DNA of 59,153 bases, filler included, from Sphacelaria rigidula (Eukaryota), in NCBI GenBank assembly GCA_964200075.2. It is 8 parts of 8 records of this genome, joined end to end, with 100 filler letters (N's around TTAATTAATTAA, not from the genome) between each part and the next. Parts side by side here need not be neighbours in the genome. Positions count along the whole stretch, not along the records: positions 1 to 7,308 come from CAXNAA020015519.1; positions 7,409 to 14,716 come from CAXNAA020015520.1; 6 more parts are not named here. One strand, written 5' to 3'. Position numbers and translations under genes: made by a program. Position 1 is the stretch's first letter. Every line of letters begins with the position of its first letter. Of this stretch, positions 1-10,361 are shown in pieces. A model generated the notes under the pieces. That model made no database searches, was not told where the DNA came from, and saw only the letters and a program-made list of their open reading frames with translations.

Positions 1-583
1 CGTGTACTTTTTCCAAGTGAATATTGATGCCGATTCAGCAGATGACCTACTCTTGCGGTCTAACGGTTAACTCCTCCTCCGGACTCCTCCGGAGTTTTGG
101 GGGGGGGCGTACTCATTTGTTGCTTGCCTTAGTCGTTTGACCATTGACCACGCATCCCTTTCGAGACACTGCGGAGTTTTGGGGAGGAAGATACTTTCGC
201 TCTGTGTTACTCTTTCGTATCTTCCCTGCAATGGAGAAATGCGACGTCAGCCCCATTTTAGTGTTGAACCCCAAAATTTACAATTGGCTGTCAATAGTCT
301 ATGGAAAGAGCTCAATCTGCTCCACATACAACACATCTCCTCATCTGTTGCTGTTTGCACCTGATTTAACGACAAGCACCAGCGACACGTCCAACCCTCG
401 AACAACCGCAGCCGCGAACAAGGTCGCCACTTGGAAGACGGCACGGCGCGTCAACGCCAATTCCAAGAAGTAAGCACCAGCATTGATACCTTGTGGTAGC
501 TAGCCTAGAGCGTATATCGATGTGCGTTGCTCGGTCTTGTCTCGCTATGCCTATCATTATTCGCATTTTTTACCCTTTTGCAG

Positions 584-1945
584 GGCAACAGCCGACAGCG
601 AGAGGGCAACCGCTGCAGCTGAACGTACAGCAGCAACGGAAGTAGCACAGTTCTACAGAGCTCCAAAGAAGATGTGCGTACTATCTACATCGTGTCTTTT
701 TCGAATGTACGCCTAAATTCATCCGTTGTACAACTGCTGCATTTCCGCAAGCCTGCTATACTCATTTCGAACACCATCTCTCTCTCTCTGCATACCTTGT
801 GTTTGCGCGGGCAGCTGCAGCCGCGAAGGCGGCAAGGGTTGCCACAAAAGTGAAGATAAAGAGGTACTCGCCTTCACTCATGGGTTTTTTCAATCGTGTG
901 TCCGTTTTGTTCTTCGTGTGTGCTGGGTTCACGGCTTTCTCTAGACATATCTCGACCCTCCATGGGTGTGTGTTCTTTGTGTCCTGTATCTTTGCAGGAC
1001 GTTTCTCGTAGCATCGGAGGTGGAAGTGGCGGCGGCAACGGAGGCAAAGCTGGACGCGAAAAGGTACATATGGTTCACTTCACCTTATTGAGTATTGCAC
1101 CAAAATAGACATCATTAAACTGGACCGCTGACGGCTTCTTTGTGTGCTTTCGTTTGTTCTTGCGCAGCAATCGCAGGTTTACGGCTGCTGCCGCTGAAGC
1201 GGCGAAAGTAGCAAAGGCAGAGGCGAAGAGGTATACAGCACCAACCACGATTTGTTTCCGATTATCGCCACCCAGACCTTCTTGACACCACAGCCAGGTC
1301 CCGGCTTCGCATACGTACAAGTCGCCCAGGGCGTTCGCCCAAGCTTACGGTGCAAGAGTTTGCTCCGCATGTCTGTTGGAACGCGGGAAGTTTAAGCATT
1401 TTCTATTTTGGTTCACACACGACGACCTCAAACGTTCGTGTTGCCACGTTCTGCTGCTTGCCCCCTGGTCCATATATAGGAGTGCCCAAGCTTCCAAGGC
1501 AGCAGCAGCAACTCAGCGTTAGAGGGACAACCAGAAAAAGAAACGTTAAGATGAGGCTACAGCGTCAGCAACGGCGGAGACGAAGAGGTACGCATCGTCA
1601 ACCTTGATTTGTTTCCGATTGTCCCACCCAGATCTTCTTGACATTTTTTATTAGCGTACCACAGCCAGATCGCGGCTTCGCATACGTAGAAGTCGCAAAA
1701 CGTTTTCGCCTATGGTTCCGCTGCAAGAGTTTGCTCCGCGTGTCTGTTGGAACGCTGGGACTGTAATTATTTTTAGTTTTGGTTCACACAGGACGACCTC
1801 AAATATTCATGTTGCCATGTTCTGTTGCTTGCCCCCTGGTCCACATATGGGAACGCCAGGGCATCCAAGGCAGCAGCAGCAACTCAGCGTTCGAGGGACA
1901 GCCAGAAAAGGAAACACCAAGAAGAGGCTACAGCATCCAACAGGC
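584..1945 (+). pseudogene. Array of short Ala/Lys/Glu-rich exons (decayed), probably the 5' coding part of the downstream Helitron
   Basis: Short segments mostly bounded by (C/T)AG and AG|GT: ~584-672, ~811-863, ~998-1063, ~1177-1230, 1480-1587, ~1850-1940. Peptides include AAAAKAARVATKVKIKR and SAQASKAAAATQR*RDNQKKKR*DEATASATAETKR, with in-frame stops. The intron-plus-exon unit 1223-1580 is tandemly duplicated at 1581-1945. Confidence 0.5.
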
Positions 1946-2399
1946 AAGAGCAACCTTGTACAGCGCTTTTGTGGTAGTTTCCATCAGCACCGCGCTTGTT
2001 TTCCCGATCGCGCACGAAAATTAGTGGATTCACTGACGGGCCGGGCGCGTCCCTACCGTGCTCACTTCTACAGGCGTAAGGCTTACGTCCCCATCGTGGC
2101 CGACCCGCCTGTCATAGCGTTCGACCATCCCGAAGGAAGATTGACGGACATGACCGCCCGCCGTTGACGTATAACATCCTTGGCGAGAAGACGCTGCTCA
2201 GATGTATTGGGGACTATCAACATCACATCGACGACAACATGCGCAGGTCATTTTGTTTGCGTTCACTACTCTGGGTTAACCTTCGATATGCGATAGCAAA
2301 TAACACTAGCATCTAGACCAGGTTGGTTTCTGGCACTACGAACTGCCTTCACGGGCTCGTTTTGGCTAAACAAGGATTCGAACCTGAACCTCACCACGA

Positions 2400-4533
2400 T
2401 TTACGGATCTGCTAACACTGCCTACGGGACTTGGCAAAGAAAATCATGCTTTCTGAAGCATTAACCAACGGCCTCTGAGTCGACGACTTGCCGGGACACC
2501 TCATTGATTCGATGTGGGTGGAGCTAGCTGCGGCTAGCCCTGTGAGGATTAGCGATATGACTTTCAGCGTAAAGCAGCTGAAGGTCGGCAACATCCCTGG
2601 CAGCGCGCAACGGATGATGCGAGGTACGTTCACTTTCTTTTTTCAGAACGATTTCGGCGTCGAGGCCGCCCTGCCATCATGCGACGCCGACATAGCTGGC
2701 TCCATGACTGTTGCCATCGTCGGCCAGCGATCGACCGACACGCAACTGAGAAAGCTTTATGGAGCCAGGCAAAACAGGATAGTGGAACTGTTGAATTTTA
2801 GGAGAGACGTCCACAACCAGCTGGCAGGCAAGCACGTCCTGTTCCACCGTGCTACAGATTCTCTAGAGAACCTTGTAACTTTTTCCCGAGACGGAGGAGT
2901 TCCGCCGGCGATCCTCACATCCGTCATTGCAGCATCAGACCCTAGCAAGTCGTGTCAAAAGGCTAGGTCAACATAATACGTTCTCGACAACCGCAAAGCT
3001 GAAGTACTGGTGACCGCTGACGACAATGCAGACGCCGACGATACCGACGCCGCATTCGTCGTCGACAGCATTGGGGTAATGCCGTCGGGGGAAGGATATA
3101 TCTGCAGAAGGGAGAACAGGCCGCTTGAGGGCTCTTGGCGCAGCCTTGCAACCGTTGCCGGGCCCAGCTATTCCTGTTGCCAGCCTTGCGGAGAGGGCCG
3201 CGGCAACGCCCGCGGCGAAGACTGGCCGGGCGCCTATGCAACCTACCAAGAAAATGCTTCTCATCTCCCACACAGGCAGAAGGGTGAAGGACTTTTATGA
3301 GCCTGGCACAATGATTGCGGCATATTTCCATCTATTTCCGTACGCCGTGGGCGGACCTCTGGACACCCGCCAACGGAGTCTCACCTTCACGAACTCTCTT
3401 GTTGCGGCGACGCGATTCGCGTTTCCGCAAGAGCCGGACTTTTGTCTTTTGTTTGGCGGCCATTATCTGAAGCCATTTCCAATTCGTACTGGAAACTCAC
3501 GGGCAGGGTTTCGCGCGGGGCGGCTCGCACGCTGGCTGGAATTACCGGCGACGATCTATTTGCAGCCGCGCTAGGAATGGGAGGCGGATCTTCAACTGTC
3601 ACAGCTCTTGCTAGCCGTCCCGCGGCCCGGAAGCTGATCAAAACTATGCAATCTGCTAACAGTTGTGCAACCTGGACCATTTTCAAGAAGAGAGATCTAC
3701 GACTCAAGGCAATCTCGATGGTGATGTGCCTCGGACAACCCTTGTGGTGAGTGACGTTGGGTGTCGGTTTGACATGCTATTGTAGTATCTCTCTTGCCTG
3801 TGGGTAAACCATAATACTCGACTTCAAAGAAGTTGTGATGACGAGCTGTTCGGTCACACCGACCGTTGTGCGGGTTTTACGAGCAGGTGGTTGACCGTTT
3901 ACTCCAACGATAAAATGTCGCCAATTGTCATGAAGCTCGGGGGTGTGGAGTTGGACATCTCCAGCAGTTTAAAGCCGGACCTACCGTCGAATGTCGAGAG
4001 GCTTAAAAAAATAGCCGACGATCCAGTTGCGCCGCCTGGTTCTTTCCACATCACAATCGTTGCTGTCATGCTCGCCCTTCTGCGATTCAATGCGACGGAT
4101 TCGGATGGAGGGGTGCCGGGCTGAGTCAAGGCGTTCGTGGGTGAGTGACCACTTCATCGTCGCCTTTTGGGAGGTTCACGCCTTCGGGTAACACGTGTGC
4201 ACGACTAAGAAAGGCATGGACCTCGTTCCGAGGACAAAAAGGAAAATATATATTTTCGCTCCATCTCTAAACAATTGCAACATAACACACGTACGCCACA
4301 AATACTCGGTTATTGTCACAGGTATGACGAAGGAACAAACACGCTTGACTCTTCATTGCCACCTCCTCATTTGGTCTGTTGGATACAACGATGTTTCGAG
4401 CTTGAGAGAGACGATGGACAAAGACCCGGAGAGCTACCAAGAACTCGCTAGCTTCTTGAGCCGCACCATCTTGTCCCAAATTGCATCGCCTGAGGATGTT
4501 GAACATGCCATATGGAGAGGCGCAGAACCGACG
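2400..4533 (+). mobile_element. Helitron RepHel pseudogene fragment: DUF6570-like region plus HUH Rep endonuclease motifs; helicase absent
   Basis: CxxC..EALTNGL*VDDLPGHL..QRMMRGTFTFF..LP..VAIVG..RQNRIVELL (2410-2800, DUF6570-like); FHLFPYAVGGP (~3325-3360); LGQPLW*VT (Rep motif 1, ~3730-3757); ERLKKIADDPVA..GGVPG*VKAFVG, then a GT-AG intron 4141-4321, then MTKEQTRLTLHCHLLIW (E-Q-R..HxH..W, HUH motif 2). Stops and frameshifts present. Confidence 0.85.
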
Positions 4534-4720
4534 GGTGCACCTAGCCACAACTGCTTCACTGCTGCAGAGTTTTGGGGGGGAAATATGACTTCGCTCTGTG
4601 TAACTGTTTCGCGTCATCCCTGCAAAAAAGATATGCTACTTGAACCTCATTTCAGAGATCAACCTCATTTTCCAGGATCCACTATTCGATGGTATCTTTG
4701 GCGTTCAAATTTGGGACGAA
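4534..4720 (+). mobile_element. Terminal fragment of a dispersed repeat truncating the Helitron Rep
   Basis: GGTGCACCTAGCCACAACTGCTTCACTGCTGC..CATCCCTGCAAAA..GGATCC aligns with the reverse complement of 29870-30017 and partly with 167-275. Rep similarity stops here. Confidence 0.75.
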
Positions 4721-4934
4721 GCAAGTAGATCAAGCATTCGGTGTCCCGCGCCCCCCAGGACAGAACTGTCTCTAATGCTACTTGCACTGCTCACGGTCGC
4801 GCACTGGCGCAGTACCTCCGCAACCCGACGAGGTGTCACCGAAATGTTTAGTTTTGCCTGCCAGGTACCATGTAAAAAGACACCTGATCACATAGTCGCT
4901 GCACCTGCCCATAGCGGAAACCCCACATTCACAG

Positions 4935-6597
4935 GCGTGCGAGTTTTTTGGTTGTCCCAGACATTCGCACTGCGCACTGCTTTTTCGGCCGTGAAGCTGT
5001 TCAGGCCCATCCCCGAGCTGAGTGACGAATCGCGACTGTCAGACGTGCTCCTTCTTTGGGTACGGGAGGTGCTGTCCGAGTATGATCTGGGAGAGAGCGA
5101 CCGATTCGGCACCGTGACGGATGCAGCGTCTGACGTGAGGCGCCTGTGCGTGAAAGTAATGAAGGTATCGTGGGAATGGTGCATGCCACACATGCTCAAC
5201 CGTGCCCTGGTGGAGGTAAGACTGTTGAGATGTACTTGTGTTCGTGTATCGCGTCCGACAGTTGAGTGTTCAATGGTTTCGGACTGGTTCTGATGAAGTT
5301 ATGGTTCGCAGTATCATCCTGGCTACTTTCGACCTGAACGCGTGTCGGGATTGGGGATTGGGCTAAATAGTACGCGAAATACTCGTTCTTCGTGTCGCGA
5401 CACCACCACATGGAGTAGTTGATTCAATACTGGCGTTCTCATCAAGTAGCTCCGATTTGGGTTTAGGAGACGTGTCAGAGCGGCCTGGATTTGTTTTTCA
5501 TTATGTCACCAAGATATTCGCTGGTTTCGGGAAAGGGCTGCCGTAGAAACACGCTTCGGCTCCGTCTCGTCATGAGCAGGCGTTCGGAACGACGGTGGCG
5601 AGAGCAGCATCGAAAAATACAGAGGCGCGGGAAGTCATCGACACCATCAAGAAGACAGTTGAGTACCTCAACAAGTATTCAAGCATGAATGTGTGTGCAA
5701 AGTGTGACTGGAGACGAACACTGGTCCGGTTGAACCATTTCCGCGGTTGCTCCTCGTGAACGCAGGATTGACATTTTTTCATGCTTTGCATACTAGAAAT
5801 GTGCATGAGTTCTTTGCTCCTTCGATTCCCACCGCGGCACAAATACTCGACGGTCAGCATGCGTCACGTGCAAGATTTGAACAGCGTGCATGATTCGAAC
5901 AACATTTATTCTTCAACGGTCAGTGTGGTCGTAGTTTACGTCAAAATCGATATTGCCCTCCTTTACTTTGGCCTTCCCGTATGATTCGCCCGCCAAATCA
6001 GGTCAAATTCCAGAACGTCCAGGACCTCCTCTACGGCCCCTCCATGAAGCTCGTCAACGCCGTTCCCCAACGCTGGATCTCCGCGTGTTGAGTGATGGAC
6101 GCGGTGCTGGTCAATTGGGCGGCTTTGGAGCATCACTACGCCGAACACGAACAGGTTGCGTTCCCGCTCGCCGCGATGAAGACGAGCTCCGACGAGCTTT
6201 CTTCCATCATAAAGCCCGTAGCAATTATCATCAAAGACTGTCAACAGACGAATGTGCCGACGGGGCTTTGAAGCTATCTCTGTCCCGTCGCGTTCAGGGC
6301 AAACACCTGGGACCCTCGCAAGCCCCTTCAGATCCAAGCTCCAAGGAGGGCCACGGCAGGGATCAGCAACTCGGCGTCTCCCTCCTCGACACGGTCAGTG
6401 ACTCGAGAGGCAGTCGCGCTCCAGTCCATGTCGGCCACGACGAGACAGATGCTGGGAGAAGCATTAGACAAGCGATTTTTCACGTCCCGGTATGGCCTGG
6501 CCTCGTCAACACGGCCGTCTCCTGACTACGAAGTCGAGATAGCCGCCTGTATGCACCCATTCCTCGTGCGTATGACTCTCCTGCAACGATTGTGCCC
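4935..6597 (+). mobile_element. Spliced hAT-superfamily transposase pseudogene (partial)
   Basis: Exons 4935-5215 (VREVLSEYDL..GTVTDAASDV..WEWCMPHMLNRAL: TD-x-A-S and CxxH motifs), 5580-5690 (REVIDTIKKTVEYLNK) and 6002-~6597 (KLVNAVPQRWIS..IIKPVAII..LDKRF..AACMHPF: RW-x-S and HP motifs). Phase-0 GT-AG junctions; two in-frame TGA stops. Confidence 0.85.
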
Positions 6598-7308
6598 TAT
6601 GGACTTCTGTCACTCAAGATCAGATCGCCATGTGGACTCCTCCCATCACGGGCACATGGACTTCAGCAGCTTTAGTTATTCATATATTAACCCTCAGCAT
6701 AATACAGGAGAACATGACCATAGCCTCCCTCCACCAGAGTAGCAAAACCAAGCCTCACGTCATGGAACTCACCCATCACAAAGTCCGACAATCAGACTTG
6801 CAATCCACCAACAGAATGTCCTTAACCTTAGGTAACAATGGTGGCTAGAGTCTACAGCACCCCCAAAGCTCCATACTACCAACGAGTAGTTTCATCAGAG
6901 CTTGACAAACTCAGACATCATTGATGCCTGATAGTACCGTCGTTTCCCGCAAAGAACAGCAATCTCTTCCGCTGCTTTCGAAAACAGCTCCATACAAGCT
7001 TGCCCTACTTCCGAACAACTCGCAAGAGATCCCAAGAAAATATCGTCCATTATGATCATGCAATCACGCTACTTGCACCACTTCAAGTTACAAAGCGATA
7101 GCTAGCGCCAAATTCTCAAATCTTTGCCCAGAACAAGTCTCCTGACTCTTCATCGGCACGAAACCGGAAATGTCAGCGAACGTCAAATTCCAGAGCATTC
7201 GTGACTCATCGTCCCTGTCATCCGAGACTAGGTACTTCTCAACATACAAAATTTACTCTTTGTACGTTCAACACCTGCGGAACGGAGTACAACAGCCAAA
7301 TGATACAT

Positions 7309-7408
7309 NNNNNNNNNNNNNNNNNNNNNNNNNNNNNNNNNNNNNNNNNNNNTTAATTAATTAANNNNNNNNNNNNNNNNNNNNNNNNNNNNNNNNNNNN
7401 NNNNNNNN
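7309..7408. other. Artificial contig spacer (N44-TTAATTAATTAA-N44)
   Basis: 100-bp spacer with stops in all six frames. Identical spacers at 14717-14816, 22124-22223, 29531-29630, 36938-37037, 44344-44443, 51749-51848. Intervening contig lengths fall monotonically from 7308 to 7305 bp. Confidence 0.98.
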
Positions 7409-8106
7409 GGCCTGAAAAATAATTAATCCCCCCCCCCCCCCCCACCCAAGGCCCAAACGACAAAGGGAAGCAGCGAATGGGACCCCCCCCCCCCCCCCCC
7501 CCGTCCGACCGTTGCTCCATCTTGAAAGGGATGAGTGGTCAACGGCAAAACGACAAGGGCAAGCAACAAATAGTACCGGTGCGAATCACCAAATCCACGA
7601 TTTTCCAGGCCTGATTGCTAGAAAGAGATAGAAAAGTCGACCGATGGTCAAAAAGGCTCCCACAACACTTTTGCGCCATCCCGCGCCTGGGCTGCGCGTA
7701 CCTGGGTTGCAACGCTGAAAACAAAGCCCAAGGATTGATTCGTACAGTACTCATCGATCACACAAAAATCAAGTAGTTCCCAGATGAATTATTTATTCGT
7801 CCGACGGGTGGAAATTTTGAAGCATCACCAGGGGACCAACGCAACGCCAATACATCATCTTCATTTCACCTTGGATCATAGCCAAGTACAGGTGCGATAT
7901 TGTGGAAAATAAGCCCGTTATATGCGTATAGCCCCCGCCCCCTGTTCTACCGACTTTTTTTGAGGTTTTCGGGTCATGGCTCGTTCCGGGCATGGACGAC
8001 ACATAACAAAACAAAACAGCTGCAAGTGCAAGTGCAAGTGCAAGTGCAGGGAAAATACGAAAGGAAAAGGGGAAAGATAGATGATAATTAAAAGAAAAAC
8101 GCTCAC

Positions 8107-10309
8107 CTGAAGAAGCATTTTCGCCTCTTTGGGGGGGAAACGGCACGGGGATGGCCTGAATATCCGTGATGACGTCATGAACGCTTCCCGTACCCCTCAC
8201 CACGAGCGCCGCCGTCATTGTGGCGCGGCACGCAAGCAGAGAGAACGCGGGCTGATGGAAGCGGGAGTCGGCCTTGTGAAAGACCAGAGACCAACCCGTG
8301 GTGTTGCAGAGCACTTGGAGCTCCAGGGCGGTCTTCGTGTACGCGAAGTGGAGCGGCAGAGCGGCCATCCTGTTCGCCGATTTTTGTAGGGTTCGCGTGA
8401 TCCATGTTCTGTATGTTCATTCTATTTTGATTGTTTTTATGAGTATTGATGTAAGTACTACTACTCCTACCACCACCACTACTACTATTCTGATTTTTTG
8501 TCGCACTTTGAACCCCTCCCCCTCCTCGCGACGAGTACGTGGTCTCAAGGGTTCAACCCACCTCTCCCCCGCTACACGCCTCGCATTTTGGTCCCCCGGA
8601 TTGGATCATGACCAACACTACCGCATCGCGTCAACTTGCGTCAAACAAACTCAGCCGACTACTTTGTTTACTCGCGTTCTCACCCTTTACACGGTGGAAA
8701 TCACATACTGCGAGGGAAAAAATCCCCACACATCGGGAATCGAACCCTCGTTATCTCCACCCTAGTGGCGACAGTCGGACCATTACACCACCGGGGCGCG
8801 GCCGCTAATTCTGATAATTATTGGTGATATCACGGGTGTCAGTATCATTGAGGAATACCACGCTCCCACTGAAGACAGGCAAATGTGAGGGCTGTGCTCG
8901 TGCTATCTACTCGTAGAGTCTACTTTCGCGGATATACTGCAGTAGCGTGGGGCACACACAGGTCGGTGCTTCTCGAGAGAGTTGAGTCTTGATCTCACGG
9001 GCATCAGACAGCCAACAAGCTGTCGGTCGAGGGAAATGATCCTGGTGGATGTTGTCTGTGGGACCCGAAATAAGGACCCAAGGGACGCCAGGAATGTGAT
9101 CTCCACATCATCCTTGTTACCATTAGTATGATAATCAATTATTGTTGTTGGTGGTACATTAATGGTAATAGTATTGATATTATCACTGGTATACTAGTAT
9201 TATCATCATTACTTCTACTCCATCACCACGTACTACTATCATCAATCATGTAGTCATTGCTGCAGCATTGTTTAGTTGTTGCTAGCATTTTCAGCCCATT
9301 CAATTCCCTGCTTCTTTTTAAATATTCCACCAGAAAAAATGACAAAAACATGCTTTGTCGTTCGAACACACGAATTGAATATTGACATATCTGTACAGGA
9401 TGGAGTTTTTTTTTCCTCAAAGATTTCACATCATATTGTCTTCCCCTCTGTCCAAAAAATACAATCCAACCATCCATCAATCCATCCAACCATACATCCT
9501 CAATCAACCTTTAATTAATTAATTAATTAATTGATATTCTTATTTCTATTCGTTCTTGTGTCCAAAAAATACAATCCATCCATCCATCCATCCTCAATCA
9601 ACCTTTAATTGATTAATTAACTGATATTATTATGTCTATTCGTTCTTGTGTCCGAAAAATACAATCCATCCATCCATCCAACCACCCATCCTCAATCAAC
9701 CTTCAATTAATTGATTAATTAATTGATTAATATATTCCACCTCTTGTAATTGGACTATTCGTTATCATTCGAGTTGGCGTGTTCTATTGAATGATTCGGG
9801 TGTGATCGAACCTTGTCTGATTCGTTGATTTTCTCTTCCGTCACACTTTGAACCCTTCCCTCTGCGGGGAACGAGTCCGTGGTCTCAAGGGATCGACCCA
9901 TCTCCCCCCCCCCCCCTCCCCCCCTCGTCCCCCCGCTGTCTGACATCAACTGATGCGCTACGAATTACACACGTCGCTGTGGTCATGAGATACCATAAAC
10001 AACTTTCCACGACGAAATAGAGTTGACAAAGAAAATTCAGAAAACAGACTACCATGTCTACTGAGGTATATATATATATATATATATGCATATGAGCATA
10101 CATTGTTGAGTTAAGCACAAACACATTCAGTTGCTTCAAGTGTCATTTGTCTCGTACCGTCGGAGGAATGACAATTCTTCCTCGGAAATAGCCGGGCAAT
10201 CCTGGTGCGCCTTGTGCTCTCCGTTGGGGTCGGCGCCGCGCTCTCCGCGTCGCTGAGCCAACAGGTAGTACATCGCCGCCGTCATCTCGTGCACACTCAT
10301 CGGCCACTT

Positions 10310-10361
<52 letters not shown>

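Noticed and set aside
8730-8805. tRNA genes (also 25506-25585, 37223-37298, 38140-38216)
   Set aside because: A and B boxes are present, but no intact cloverleaf is evident and they lead into shared SINE bodies or repeats.
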